Origin: a virus
Direction: 5' to 3' (one strand)
Virus record (IMG/VR): IMGVR_UViG_3300037424_000314
Location: 1 to 51,507 of that record
Length of the DNA stretch: 51,507 nt
Below the pieces are notes generated by a model. It searched no databases. It saw only the letters and a program-made list of their open reading frames with translations, and was not told where the DNA came from. Positions within the stretch are counted from its first letter, which is position 1, and every line of letters starts with the position of its first letter. Position numbers and translations under genes: made by a program. Below, piece after piece: positions 15,566 to 24,311 of the stretch.

Positions 15566-15900
15566 TGGACTTAATTCCCCTTAACGAGGTAACACCTACA
15601 CCAGGCGTACCTGACCGGATCACCGTCAATTTTCCAGTCTACGCTGACTCGAGGATTAGTGTGCTCTATCTTCAGGTGCTTCCTGGTAACATGCAGGACG
15701 TCTATGTTGGTCGTGAGGGGATGAACGTGGCGGCAAAGACTGGGATCATAACACGTCTTCGGCCGCCCACGGCCAACTATTTGCCAGATATTGCCTGGCA
15801 TTTTTCAATCAATATCTCGAACCCACTCCTGGCTGGTCGGTACGTCATTGACGTTGATAACGCCGGGGATGGGGTGATCCCAAGCATCGGGTTAGCGTGA
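15565..15900 (+). CDS. Hypothetical protein (111 aa)
   Basis: 1-nt TGATG stop/start overlap with the upstream gene (TGA 15563-15565, ATG 15565-15567). No family recognised. Confidence 0.6.
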   Translation: MDLIPLNEVTPTPGVPDRITVNFPVYADSRISVLYLQVLPGNMQDVYVGREGMNVAAKTGIITRLRPPTANYLPDIAWHFSINISNPLLAGRYVIDVDNAGDGVIPSIGLA

Positions 15901-16109
15901 TGCAGGCAGCGTTCACCATCATCATTTTTGGGGCCCTTGGGCTGATTATCTGGTATCTTATTGAGATACGCGCGGCGCTGGTAAAGCGTGGTAAGGTTGC
16001 TTGCTGGTATTGTGGTAACTACTTCCCAGCTAATGAGGTTGAGGTGCACGGGTCTTATACCTATTGTTCACAGCACGGCAGCAATCGTCAGAAAAAGAGA
16101 ATGGCATGA
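15900..16109 (+). CDS. Small membrane protein with an N-terminal TM helix and a Cys/His cluster
   Basis: The ATG at 15900 overlaps the upstream stop (TGATG). TM segment AAFTIIIFGALGLIIWYLI, followed by CWYCGNYF...YCSQH. Confidence 0.55.
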   Translation: MQAAFTIIIFGALGLIIWYLIEIRAALVKRGKVACWYCGNYFPANEVEVHGSYTYCSQHGSNRQKKRMA

Positions 16110-16516
16110 TCCCGCACTGGACACAGGCACTCATCAATAGCTCATTTATCCCACTCCATCACACTACCCATGAGTTTGGTGGAACTGATGAGATTAACGT
16201 TGCTGGTCTCCAGGGTGTGTTGGCCGACCCACAGACCCCATCAGGTCACGCGATATCTCATCAGAATGGTGGCGCGGATGAAATCAGTTTAACTGGTTTG
16301 TCTGGATTGACCGCCGATGCGCAAAAGGTCACGGTTCGCAAGAATACCGGGGCGGACGTTGGCACGCGACAACGGCTTAATTTTATTGAAGGGTCGAACG
16401 TCACGTTAACAGTTGCGGATGACGCAGGTAGTTCGGAGGTTGATATAACGATTGCAGCGTCGGCGCCTGGCACTAGCGTCAATCATGCACGAATCTTTTT
16501 GCTGATGGGCGGATAA
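16106..16516 (+). CDS. Tail-fibre-like protein with a duplicated H-x3-H-x2-GG-x-DEI motif
   Basis: ATGA overlap at 16106-16109. HHTTHEFGGTDEINVAGLQG and HAISHQNGGADEISLTGLSG resemble the HxxxHxxGGxD repeats common in N-terminal parts of phage fibre proteins (from memory). Confidence 0.45.
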   Translation: MIPHWTQALINSSFIPLHHTTHEFGGTDEINVAGLQGVLADPQTPSGHAISHQNGGADEISLTGLSGLTADAQKVTVRKNTGADVGTRQRLNFIEGSNVTLTVADDAGSSEVDITIAASAPGTSVNHARIFLLMGG

Positions 16517-16520
16517 TAAA

Positions 16521-16853
16521 GTGGCAGAAACGTATAAAGTTCTTGGTCAGTCCAATCCGGCGGCTACAACGTTGACGGATTTGTACACTGTTCCTGGCGC
16601 AACATCCGTCGTTAGTTCTTCGATTGTTGTCTGTAATCGTGGTTCTGGCACGATTAAGTTTAGGATTTCCGTAGCTGTGGCGGGTGCCGCCGATGACAAT
16701 AAACAGTACTTGTTCTATGACACGCCTTTACAGAAAAACTCATCAATGACGGTTGTTCTAGGGATCACTTTGGCGGCGACGGACGTAGTCCGTGTACGAA
16801 CAGACGTAGCAACAGCTAGTTTTAACATCTTTGGCGCGGAGGTAACCCCCTAA
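16521..16853 (+). CDS. Hypothetical small beta-rich structural protein (110 aa, GTG start)
   Basis: ORF with a GTG start. The stop overlaps the next ATG (TAATG). The sequence is Val/Thr/Ser-rich and beta-sandwich-like. Confidence 0.5.
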   Translation: MAETYKVLGQSNPAATTLTDLYTVPGATSVVSSSIVVCNRGSGTIKFRISVAVAGAADDNKQYLFYDTPLQKNSSMTVVLGITLAATDVVRVRTDVATASFNIFGAEVTP

Positions 16854-18055
16854 TGGTTACAAGCGTTTTTCCGGACGTAGATGAGTTAACACTTACCGAG
16901 TTTGAAACTAGTTTAGGAATAGGATCGTCTAAACAAACTTGGTTTAGTAGAACACCGGCGGCTGACAATTTTTGGGATTCGGTGGCCTACGGAAATGGCC
17001 TTTTCGTTGCGGTGGCTACTACCGGAACAGGAAATCGAATAATGACTTCCCAAAACGGAGCTGACTGGACTATTCGTATCAGTGCCGCCGATGATCTGTG
17101 GACGGCAGTTACCTATGGAAACGGTGTATTTGTAGTGATCTCCGCTGGTAGTAACGTAATGACTTCCCCGGATGGAATTGTCTGGACGCTTAGAACTGCC
17201 GCAACAGGTAACGACTGGCGTTCTGTGACTTTTGGAAATGGGTTATTTGTTGCGGTATCTGTTACCGGAATCGGTGATCGAGTAATGACTTCTTCAGACG
17301 GCATTACATGGGCTAGTCAAGTCAGTGCCGCTGACAATTTGTGGGACGGGGTAACCTACGGAAATGGCCTTTTCGTTGCGGTAGCGCGAAGCGGAGTAGG
17401 TGACCGAGTAATGACCTCTCCTGATGGCGTCTTATGGACTAGTCAAGTCAGTGCCGCTGACAACTCATGGATTTCTGTAGCCTATGGCAACGGGGTTTTT
17501 GTGGCTGTGTCTTTTACCGGAGTAGGCAACCGGGTAATGACTTCTCCTGATGGCGTTGTCTGGACTATTCAAACTAGTCCGGCAGATAATGACTGGCAGT
17601 CTATAACCTTCGGCGATAAGCTTTTTGTTGCGGTAGCTAATACAGGAACCAGGGATCGGATAATGACTTCTTCAAATGGAGTTGTATGGTCTCTTGTAGC
17701 AAACCCAACAGAAAATGATTGGCGTTCGGTAACTTTTGGTAATGGTCTTTTTGTTTCAGTAGGCCGTAGCGTAAATGGAGATCAGGTAATGTCAACCGGA
17801 TATGCGGCGCAGTACTCCGGCTCATTCGACATTACCGGACTTTCAGGGCTTAATGCAAACCAGCAGGTTCTGATTCAACAGAAGGCCGGGCCATATACAG
17901 GTAAAGGAGATCGACAAGATGAAGCAGAACTAGATCAAGTTAACGCGACGGGCTATGTCGTAAACGAGACCACAATTCGCGCGTATTGGACTGCGCTTCC
18001 GCATAATGGCCCAATGGTTGGAAACGTCAAATTTGGCTACTCAGTTAGCGCATAA
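16853..18055 (+). CDS. Seven-bladed beta-propeller protein (Asp-box/BNR-like repeats) with a ~85-aa C-terminal domain
   Basis: Seven repeats of W-x-[SAG]-[VI]-x-[YF]-G-[ND]-[GK]-x-F-V-x-[VI]-(x6-9)-[VI]-M-[ST]-[ST]-x-[DN]-G-x-x-W at W41, W83, W122, W164, W206, W248 and W290. TSPDGxxW resembles a shortened Asp-box. Confidence 0.75.
   Translation: MVTSVFPDVDELTLTEFETSLGIGSSKQTWFSRTPAADNFWDSVAYGNGLFVAVATTGTGNRIMTSQNGADWTIRISAADDLWTAVTYGNGVFVVISAGSNVMTSPDGIVWTLRTAATGNDWRSVTFGNGLFVAVSVTGIGDRVMTSSDGITWASQVSAADNLWDGVTYGNGLFVAVARSGVGDRVMTSPDGVLWTSQVSAADNSWISVAYGNGVFVAVSFTGVGNRVMTSPDGVVWTIQTSPADNDWQSITFGDKLFVAVANTGTRDRIMTSSNGVVWSLVANPTENDWRSVTFGNGLFVSVGRSVNGDQVMSTGYAAQYSGSFDITGLSGLNANQQVLIQQKAGPYTGKGDRQDEAELDQVNATGYVVNETTIRAYWTALPHNGPMVGNVKFGYSVSA
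16973..17803 (+). repeat. Tandem ~126-bp coding repeats (7 units) with long identical nucleotide stretches
   Basis: CTAGTCAAGTCAGTGCCGCTGACAA occurs at 17313-17337 and 17439-17463, a period of 126. CTACGGAAATGGCCTTTTCGTTGCGGT occurs at ~16989 and ~17357. Confidence 0.85.
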
Positions 18056-18072
18056 AAAAAAGGAGAAAATTT

Positions 18073-18759
18073 ATGGCAGTAATTCAAGACCCAATAAATT
18101 TATCGCTTTTGGTTGTTGATCCAGCGTTCAAGGCCCTACGGGGCAGTAGCCGACCGCTGGAGTATGGCGCGCGGGGACATTACCGGATTGCGATGGCAAC
18201 CGGTACAATCGGTGCAGCTCTCGCGGCAAACGCGGAACTTTTCCAGTTTCGATTTACGGACGCTACGCGGCTCGCGGTAATCCAGAAGATCCTCATCAGC
18301 GCAGGCAACAACGTCGCGGGATCAGCGGCGGCGCTAGTGACTCTAGAAGCGGTCATTGCAAGAGCCTGGACGGCGGATGGAACAGGAGGAGCCACTGCCG
18401 TTTTGACAGGCAATAACCAAAAAGTCAGGACGAATATGGGAACGACGCTTATCACGTCGGCGGCTGGAATCAGAATTGCGACTACCGCCGCGCTGGGAGC
18501 TGGAACAAAAGTATTAGACTCCCAGGGAGTTGGCAACTACACCCTTGGAACCGGAACAGGTGCTATCACGACAGCAAGTAAGTTGTCTTTGATTGATAAG
18601 ATTGATTTGCTAGAAGTTGACGCAGACGGTTCCCAGCATCCGGTAATACTTGCTCAGAACGAGGGCTTCGTAGTGAAGAATGGCGCGGTTGCTTGGCCCG
18701 CTGCTATGACATGGGCACTTGGCGTAACCATAGTTTGGGCAGAAGTTGACGCCTACTAG
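18073..18759 (+). CDS. Hypothetical Ala/Gly/Thr-rich structural protein (228 aa)
   Basis: Strong SD (AAAGGAGAAAA). No family recognised. Confidence 0.6.
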   Translation: MAVIQDPINLSLLVVDPAFKALRGSSRPLEYGARGHYRIAMATGTIGAALAANAELFQFRFTDATRLAVIQKILISAGNNVAGSAAALVTLEAVIARAWTADGTGGATAVLTGNNQKVRTNMGTTLITSAAGIRIATTAALGAGTKVLDSQGVGNYTLGTGTGAITTASKLSLIDKIDLLEVDADGSQHPVILAQNEGFVVKNGAVAWPAAMTWALGVTIVWAEVDAY

Positions 18760-18765
18760 AAAATC

Positions 18766-18861
18766 ATGCAGACAAACGAACGAGACCGAGACGAAGTTCT
18801 AGTTATGGATGCGCTTGGCCCTGTTTACGCTGGATCCTATTTGGAGTATATGACCTCATGA
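18766..18861 (+). CDS. 31-aa micro-ORF coupled to the portal gene
   Basis: Hand translation gives MQTNERDRDEVLVMDALGPVYAGSYLEYMTS. Its stop overlaps the portal ATG (ATGA at 18858-18861). No obvious SD. Confidence 0.3.
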   Translation: MQTNERDRDEVLVMDALGPVYAGSYLEYMTS

Positions 18862-20786
18862 TTCGAGCCATACCCATCAAGGGCCTTAGTGAGGAGCGTG
18901 AGCGCGAGTTAAAGCACTACGTGCGCACGAACCTTGATCGCGCCATCCGTGGGACGCAGCAGCTCTTTACTGAGCACGTCCCACGCTGGCGTAAGATCTA
19001 TAATGGTGAGCCCTTTGAGCAGGTGAAGAGCTTCCCATGGCACCGGGCGAGTAACTTTGTGGTCCAATTGGTGGGCATTCACACCGACACCCTCGTCGCG
19101 AGGATCCTCTCGCTCATCTTTAAGACAGACCCGCTCTTTACCTTCACCGCGTTTGGCGAGCTTCCGGAGCATGTTAAGAAGGACCTAGAAGATTTCATGA
19201 AGCACGCCTCCCTTGACGAGTCAGAACTTGCGTTGTACAACACGATCAAGGACTGGTTATTTGACATTGTGAAGTTGGGCTCCTCGGTGGCAAAGGTCCC
19301 CTATGTGACGGACCACACCATCGTGGTGGAGCCCTCATCAACCCCGAATGAGATCTCAGAGAGGGAGGTGGTGCGTTACGACGGGCCTAAACCGATGAAG
19401 ACGTTGTTCACAGACTTCTTGATGTGGCCGCTTGGGGTGCAGGACTTTAAGGACGCGATCATGAAGGTACACCGGGTTCGCCTCCATAAGGAGACTGCCC
19501 TCCTGCGCGCCTATCAAGGATTCTATGACCTCAACGTGATCAAGGAACTGTACAATCGGCCTGACCTCAGCAATCGGACCAACATTGAGGTCAAGCAGGA
19601 GGAGAATACCGGCATCGTCTCCTTGCCGGCTGACCGGTTGACGTTCTACGAGTGTTGGATTGATAAGTACCCGCTAGGAGACGGTAGGTATTACTCAGTG
19701 ACCTGTACCTATCATATCGAGTCAGACATGTTTGTAAGAAAGATTTATAACCCCTACAACACAGGGGATGATCTTTCGGATGTGTTCATCGGGTGCAGGT
19801 TGTTCCCACGTGATGACATGTGGCATGGTCGAGGGTTTGCGGAATTGCTTGAGCAATCGCAGGAGGAGGCAAGCACCATCCACAATCAACGACGAGATCG
19901 TGCCACCGCGGCCAACACCAACGTCATTGTGGCCCGTAAAGATTCAATGCTGGACCTCAGCTTTCCATTATTCCCTAACAAGCCGCTGTTTGTCGACAGC
20001 CTGGACGACATTCGGGTAGAACAGATGGGGCGTGAATCAACCTTTGAGATTCAAGAGGAACAGATGGCGCTTGACTTTGCGGAGAGAAGGTCAGGTGTCA
20101 GCCCGCCGATGATTGGTTACGGCGCAGGGGCGATGGGTGGAAAGCGCGGGGTTTATTCTGCCTCAGGTACTTTGTCCATGCTTCAAGAGGGTAACATGCG
20201 TACAGATCTGAATATCATGGACCTGCGCGCCGCCATCACCAGGACAGGTCGTCTTGCTCTAAAGTCATACGCGCTCGGGGGTGTGCATGAGCGTCTTCGT
20301 CAGAAGTTTGACCCACCGCGGATGATCAGGATCCTTCGGAGCATCGCGATGTACAATCAACTGCAGATGGACCTAACCTGCAGCAACGCGTCGGTAAATC
20401 GAGAGGTTGAGCGCCAGCATGCCACCATGTTGGCCCAGACGATGACCACATACTACACCCAATCCATCGAATTGGTCAAGATGATCATGATGATGAAGGA
20501 CCCGGTGCTTAAGGACTACCTGATGAGCATCTATAAAGGAAGTAAGGTCCTCTTCCACAACATTTTGAAGAGCTTTGACAATGGAGACACCGACCGTATC
20601 CTCCCCAAACTCTCATTACCAGGAGCTGATCTCCCGGCTGGAGCCCCTAGCCAGGGAGTTCCTGGTCAACAGGGACAGGTTGTCCCTTTTGCTCAACAGC
20701 CAGGAATGGAACCTATTCCTCCGCCTACTGGGGCACCTGGAGAGCAGGTCCCGCCGGACGTTGGAACGCTCCCACCTTCGGCGTGA
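18858..20786 (+). CDS. Portal protein (putative)
   Basis: 642 aa, immediately upstream of the scaffold, decoration and capsid genes. It has a disordered Pro/Gly/Gln-rich C-terminus. The call rests on size, position and general portal-like features, not on a verified family match. Confidence 0.7.
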   Translation: MIRAIPIKGLSEERERELKHYVRTNLDRAIRGTQQLFTEHVPRWRKIYNGEPFEQVKSFPWHRASNFVVQLVGIHTDTLVARILSLIFKTDPLFTFTAFGELPEHVKKDLEDFMKHASLDESELALYNTIKDWLFDIVKLGSSVAKVPYVTDHTIVVEPSSTPNEISEREVVRYDGPKPMKTLFTDFLMWPLGVQDFKDAIMKVHRVRLHKETALLRAYQGFYDLNVIKELYNRPDLSNRTNIEVKQEENTGIVSLPADRLTFYECWIDKYPLGDGRYYSVTCTYHIESDMFVRKIYNPYNTGDDLSDVFIGCRLFPRDDMWHGRGFAELLEQSQEEASTIHNQRRDRATAANTNVIVARKDSMLDLSFPLFPNKPLFVDSLDDIRVEQMGRESTFEIQEEQMALDFAERRSGVSPPMIGYGAGAMGGKRGVYSASGTLSMLQEGNMRTDLNIMDLRAAITRTGRLALKSYALGGVHERLRQKFDPPRMIRILRSIAMYNQLQMDLTCSNASVNREVERQHATMLAQTMTTYYTQSIELVKMIMMMKDPVLKDYLMSIYKGSKVLFHNILKSFDNGDTDRILPKLSLPGADLPAGAPSQGVPGQQGQVVPFAQQPGMEPIPPPTGAPGEQVPPDVGTLPPSA

Positions 20787-20920
20787 GATCTTTAAGGCAC
20801 AGGGAGCCTTACAGGTGATCAGGGAGATCAATGGATTTAAGGAGAACCTCAAACAGCTAGATGAGAATTTCATGCTAGCACTTGAAACACAGAACAATTC
20901 TAAAGGACCGGAGGTCATCT

Positions 20921-21610
20921 ATGATGAGGAACTTGAGACTTTACAACGCGAATCCGCCAAATATGCCGCAGGGCTCCCCACCGCTGGTGACAAATCCCTC
21001 GGCCCCAACACCGGCCGTCCCAGCAACACCGCCGGTGGAGACAGAGGAGCAGAAACGGATTAAGCAGTTAGAGACCCAGAATCGTGAGTATCAGGCCACG
21101 AACAGCGCCTTGCTAAATAAGGTAGCACGGTTGACCCCGTCGCAGCCGGTCAACCAACCGGCCCCAACAAATCAGGCGGATCAGCGCAGCAAGTGGTGGA
21201 CTGACCCTGATGCTGCCTTCCAGGAGCGCGCCGCCCCATTGGTCCAGGCAACCACGACCGCGCAGGTGTACTTAATCAAGGAGCAGATGAAGAACAAGTA
21301 TACCGCAGAGTTCAAGAAGTGGGGTCCAGAGATTGATGAGCTCATCGCCCCGTTGAACCCAATGTTTCTGATGGACCCGGCAACGTGGGAGATCATCATT
21401 GAGCGCGTGCGTGGGCGCCACGTGCAGGAGTATGCAAGGGACCCCTCCATGGTTCCAGGGTATTCTGAATCATCCAGCCCGAGTGATCCGCCCGTGCCAA
21501 AGACGGCGCAACAGCAGCTCTCTGACCGGGAACTTAAGATCGCAAAACAGCTTGGTGTCTCACCAGAGAAGTATTTGGCACAAAAATCTAAAATGGGGGT
21601 GTCGGTCTAA
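20921..21610 (+). CDS. Scaffolding protein (putative)
   Basis: The ATG at 20921 lies 7 nt after GGAGGT. It has a Pro-rich N-terminus followed by Gln/Glu/Lys-rich helical segments (EEQKRIKQLETQNREYQATNSALLNKVARL). It sits between portal and capsid. Confidence 0.55.
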   Translation: MMRNLRLYNANPPNMPQGSPPLVTNPSAPTPAVPATPPVETEEQKRIKQLETQNREYQATNSALLNKVARLTPSQPVNQPAPTNQADQRSKWWTDPDAAFQERAAPLVQATTTAQVYLIKEQMKNKYTAEFKKWGPEIDELIAPLNPMFLMDPATWEIIIERVRGRHVQEYARDPSMVPGYSESSSPSDPPVPKTAQQQLSDRELKIAKQLGVSPEKYLAQKSKMGVSV

Positions 21611-22144
21611 ATGGCGGAAGATAAGAACAAGGTTGATGCATCGGAACCAGAAGTTCCGGCACAAAAGTACTACACACCTCGTTCGGAGCTTGATATCCTC
21701 TCTGATGAGAACATCATCGCAGAGGACCTCATGCCTCCGGACACCTTTGAGGTGAGGTACCTGGTCCCTGGGATCAGGTGTCGTTGGGTCAACTGGAAGT
21801 CACGCGAGGGGCAGATGATGTACGCTGCCCAGGCTGAGGGTTATTCACACGCGAGTAAGAACGATGTTGAGTGCACGGTGAAACCGAACAAGGAAGGTAA
21901 GTTCATCAACGGTGATGTCGTGCTGATGAAGATCTCAGAAGCGCGCTATGCTTCTGCGATGAAGGCCCTAGTCCTCCGTACCAAGATGGCGGCGGGTGCG
22001 ACCGCGGAAGCTGCCATGGAGGAGATGAAGGGGCTGATGAGGCGGTCAGGCGGGCACCTTACCCCCTTTGCGCCCGATCAGGCGCAACTTGATCGGCTAA
22101 TTGATGCCAATCAGGCGGTGACGCACAACGTTACCAGATCTTAG
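21611..22144 (+). CDS. Hypothetical head-module protein (177 aa)
   Basis: The ATG immediately follows the upstream TAA. No family recognised. Confidence 0.6.
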   Translation: MAEDKNKVDASEPEVPAQKYYTPRSELDILSDENIIAEDLMPPDTFEVRYLVPGIRCRWVNWKSREGQMMYAAQAEGYSHASKNDVECTVKPNKEGKFINGDVVLMKISEARYASAMKALVLRTKMAAGATAEAAMEEMKGLMRRSGGHLTPFAPDQAQLDRLIDANQAVTHNVTRS

Positions 22145-22162
22145 TGAAAGGAGACCACTCTC

Positions 22163-22723
22163 ATGGCGGGTAAAGCCGTACCTATCGTGGTGGCAAGAAC
22201 CACCACCGATAGTCAGCCATCCATCCGTCGTTATCAAGAGAAGGCAGCTCAAACCTTCAAGTTTGGGACTCCTGTCTTTCGAGATAATGCCGTTGATGGC
22301 GGGGTTGCAGAATGGTCGGGGGTAGTGGCAACAACCAAAGTTGCTGGGATTGCTGTCGAGCCCGCCTCCAATCTGACCACCGTTGGTGTCCCAAAGACAC
22401 TGACGTTTGGTGAAGTTCAGAACCAACCCTCAGCAGTAAATATCCCTCGCGGGGCGCCCATCAATGATGGGATGATCGGTGTCCAGCTTGCTGACGACAC
22501 CACCGAATTCCAGGCACAGGTACTGGATACGGTCGCTGCCTTGGAGACGGACGTGGGTAAGTCCTACGGCCTGACCAAGGACACCAACGGTTACTGGTTC
22601 ATCGACAAGACGAAAACAGACAGCATCGTAGTGACCGGGGTCTACGCCGGAGATGCTGGTCGCAACGGTGGGCGGGAGTTTTTCCGATTCCTCGATGCGG
22701 CCGCCCAGATGGGAGGTGCATAG
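22163..22723 (+). CDS. Head decoration/cement-like protein (tentative)
   Basis: 186 aa, SD AAAGGAGA, directly upstream of the major capsid gene, beta-rich. The call rests on position and size. Confidence 0.4.
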   Translation: MAGKAVPIVVARTTTDSQPSIRRYQEKAAQTFKFGTPVFRDNAVDGGVAEWSGVVATTKVAGIAVEPASNLTTVGVPKTLTFGEVQNQPSAVNIPRGAPINDGMIGVQLADDTTEFQAQVLDTVAALETDVGKSYGLTKDTNGYWFIDKTKTDSIVVTGVYAGDAGRNGGREFFRFLDAAAQMGGA

Positions 22724-22727
22724 TATT

Positions 22728-23684
22728 ATGATGACACGCGGAAACTATGCCCAGCTGATGGCGCCTGGAATCCATGAGTTGATGGATCAGCAGACTCAGC
22801 TGGAAGTAAGGGACTCGGAGTATGACAAGATCTTTAATACTCCGACGTCTGACAAGGCCTTTGAGGACGATGTTGAGTTCGCAGGCCTTGGCCCAATGAC
22901 CACCAAGCCAGAGGGCCAACCGATCAACTATGACGACGTGATCCAGGGCGGTTCGTACCGCTATACCCACTCGACGTTTGGGCAGGGTGTGCGGTACTCA
23001 TTTGAGCTTTTGGAAGATGATCAGTATGGCATCATCCAGAAGGTTCCGATGAACTTTGCCCGCACGGCGATGCACACCAAGGAGACCAATGCTTGGAACG
23101 TATTGAACCTTGGGTTCACCACGCAGATCACGGTGGACGGTGTCTCTTTGTTTAACTCAGCCCATCCACTTCTGGGTGGTTTGCCCGCGACGGTGGCTGT
23201 TCCAGCATCGATCGTCGGTGTGGGTGTCTATGTTCAGGGCACCTACCCGAACCGTCCTGGGACGGACGTTGATCTGAGCTACTCTGGTTTGCAATTGATG
23301 ATCAACCAGTGCGAGCGCATGATTGACGGCCGTGGGTTGTTGGTGAAGCACACGATCAATACCATCGTGGTTCCTCCAGAGTTGCGGTGGGTGATTGAGG
23401 AGATTCTGGGTTCCGAGTGGAAGCCGTACACCGCGGAGAACACGGTCAACGTCGTCAATAACAAGGGTCTGTCACCCTTCATTGGTCGGTACCTGACGTC
23501 CACAAAGGCCTGGTTTGGTCTTGCGGAGAAATCGCGCCACAAGCTGAACCACTTTGATCGTCACCCGCTCGATGAGGACTTCGCTGATGACTTCGATACC
23601 AGGTCACTGAAGCACGTTGCCTTCTATCGTTCTTCAGATGGCGCGTCCAACTGGCGTGGTACCTGGGGCTCCGCAGGGACCTAA
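22728..23684 (+). CDS. Major capsid protein (HK97-fold type, putative)
   Basis: 318 aa from the ATG at 22728. The N-terminal pattern YDKIFNTPTSDKAFEDDVEFAGLGPMTTKPEGQPINYDDVIQGGSYRYTHSTFGQGVRYSFELLEDDQYG is typical of a widespread capsid family as I recall it. It is followed by a hairpin. Confidence 0.75.
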   Translation: MMTRGNYAQLMAPGIHELMDQQTQLEVRDSEYDKIFNTPTSDKAFEDDVEFAGLGPMTTKPEGQPINYDDVIQGGSYRYTHSTFGQGVRYSFELLEDDQYGIIQKVPMNFARTAMHTKETNAWNVLNLGFTTQITVDGVSLFNSAHPLLGGLPATVAVPASIVGVGVYVQGTYPNRPGTDVDLSYSGLQLMINQCERMIDGRGLLVKHTINTIVVPPELRWVIEEILGSEWKPYTAENTVNVVNNKGLSPFIGRYLTSTKAWFGLAEKSRHKLNHFDRHPLDEDFADDFDTRSLKHVAFYRSSDGASNWRGTWGSAGT

Positions 23685-23690
23685 ACCCTT

Positions 23691-23714
23691 AGGGTGGTAG
23701 GTAACTGCCACCCT
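23691..23714 (+). terminator. Hairpin after the capsid gene
   Basis: AGGGTGG (23691-23697) pairs with CCACCCT (23708-23714) around a 10-nt loop, followed by TACTTT. This is a common position for a partial terminator or mRNA stabiliser. Confidence 0.4.
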
Positions 23715-23733
23715 TACTTTAAGGAGAGTGCTT

Positions 23734-23913
23734 ATGGCAAAACCGACAACGAAGAAGCTCTCATTCAGACCGGGGGAGATCATCAATTATGAGGGTAATC
23801 CTGCCCTCGTACTTTCAAATGACGGGAAATGCGCGAAATTGTACGTCTTTCCCATACATTCAGCTAATGCACAGATCATAGCTGAGGAACCTGAACCGTC
23901 CAAAGAGGAGTAA
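23734..23913 (+). CDS. Small hypothetical protein (59 aa)
   Basis: The ATG at 23734 is preceded by TAAGGAGAG. Confidence 0.55.
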   Translation: MAKPTTKKLSFRPGEIINYEGNPALVLSNDGKCAKLYVFPIHSANAQIIAEEPEPSKEE

Positions 23914-23916
23914 AGC

Positions 23917-24195
23917 ATGGTAAACCAGGTTGCACCAAGACATTTTCTGATTGACACACCGGGGGTTACACCAGTGTGGTTGTCAGGGCTGAGCGTTGCA
24001 AGTATCACTTGGACTGGTGCAACCACGGCAGGTCACCAGGCGGTTGTGCAAAATGCTGCTGGTTCTCGAATTATCTTTGATGCAAAGGCCTCTGAGGCTA
24101 ATGACTTTGAGTCAGCAGTATATGAGTGCGGGTGGGTTGAAGGTTTACTTGTTCCTACGCTCGGAAGCGGTAAATTGTTGATCGTTTGCAATTAG
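23917..24195 (+). CDS. Hypothetical protein (92 aa)
   Basis: The ATG is preceded by GAGGAG. No family recognised. Confidence 0.55.
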   Translation: MVNQVAPRHFLIDTPGVTPVWLSGLSVASITWTGATTAGHQAVVQNAAGSRIIFDAKASEANDFESAVYECGWVEGLLVPTLGSGKLLIVCN

Positions 24196-24205
24196 GGGGT
24201 GATCC

Positions 24206-24310
24206 ATGAATAAGAAGAAGCCCGGGGTAAACAAGGGGCCGAGGGCAGGTGGAAAGAAGGGCTCTGACACGAAGAAGACTACGAAAAAGTCAGAGTACGG
24301 GGGTTACTAA
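24206..24310 (+). CDS. 34-aa extremely basic micro-protein
   Basis: Hand translation gives MNKKKPGVNKGPRAGGKKGSDTKKTTKKSEYGGY. It is preceded by the 14-nt element GGGGGTGATCCATG, which is repeated at 24559-24572. Confidence 0.45.
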   Translation: MNKKKPGVNKGPRAGGKKGSDTKKTTKKSEYGGY

Positions 24311-24311
24311 C

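Noticed and set aside
16973-17803. Regularly spaced 126-bp repeats that could superficially suggest a CRISPR-like or satellite array
   Set aside because: The repeats are in-frame blades of a single long ORF (a beta-propeller). They have no unique spacers and no leader or cas context.
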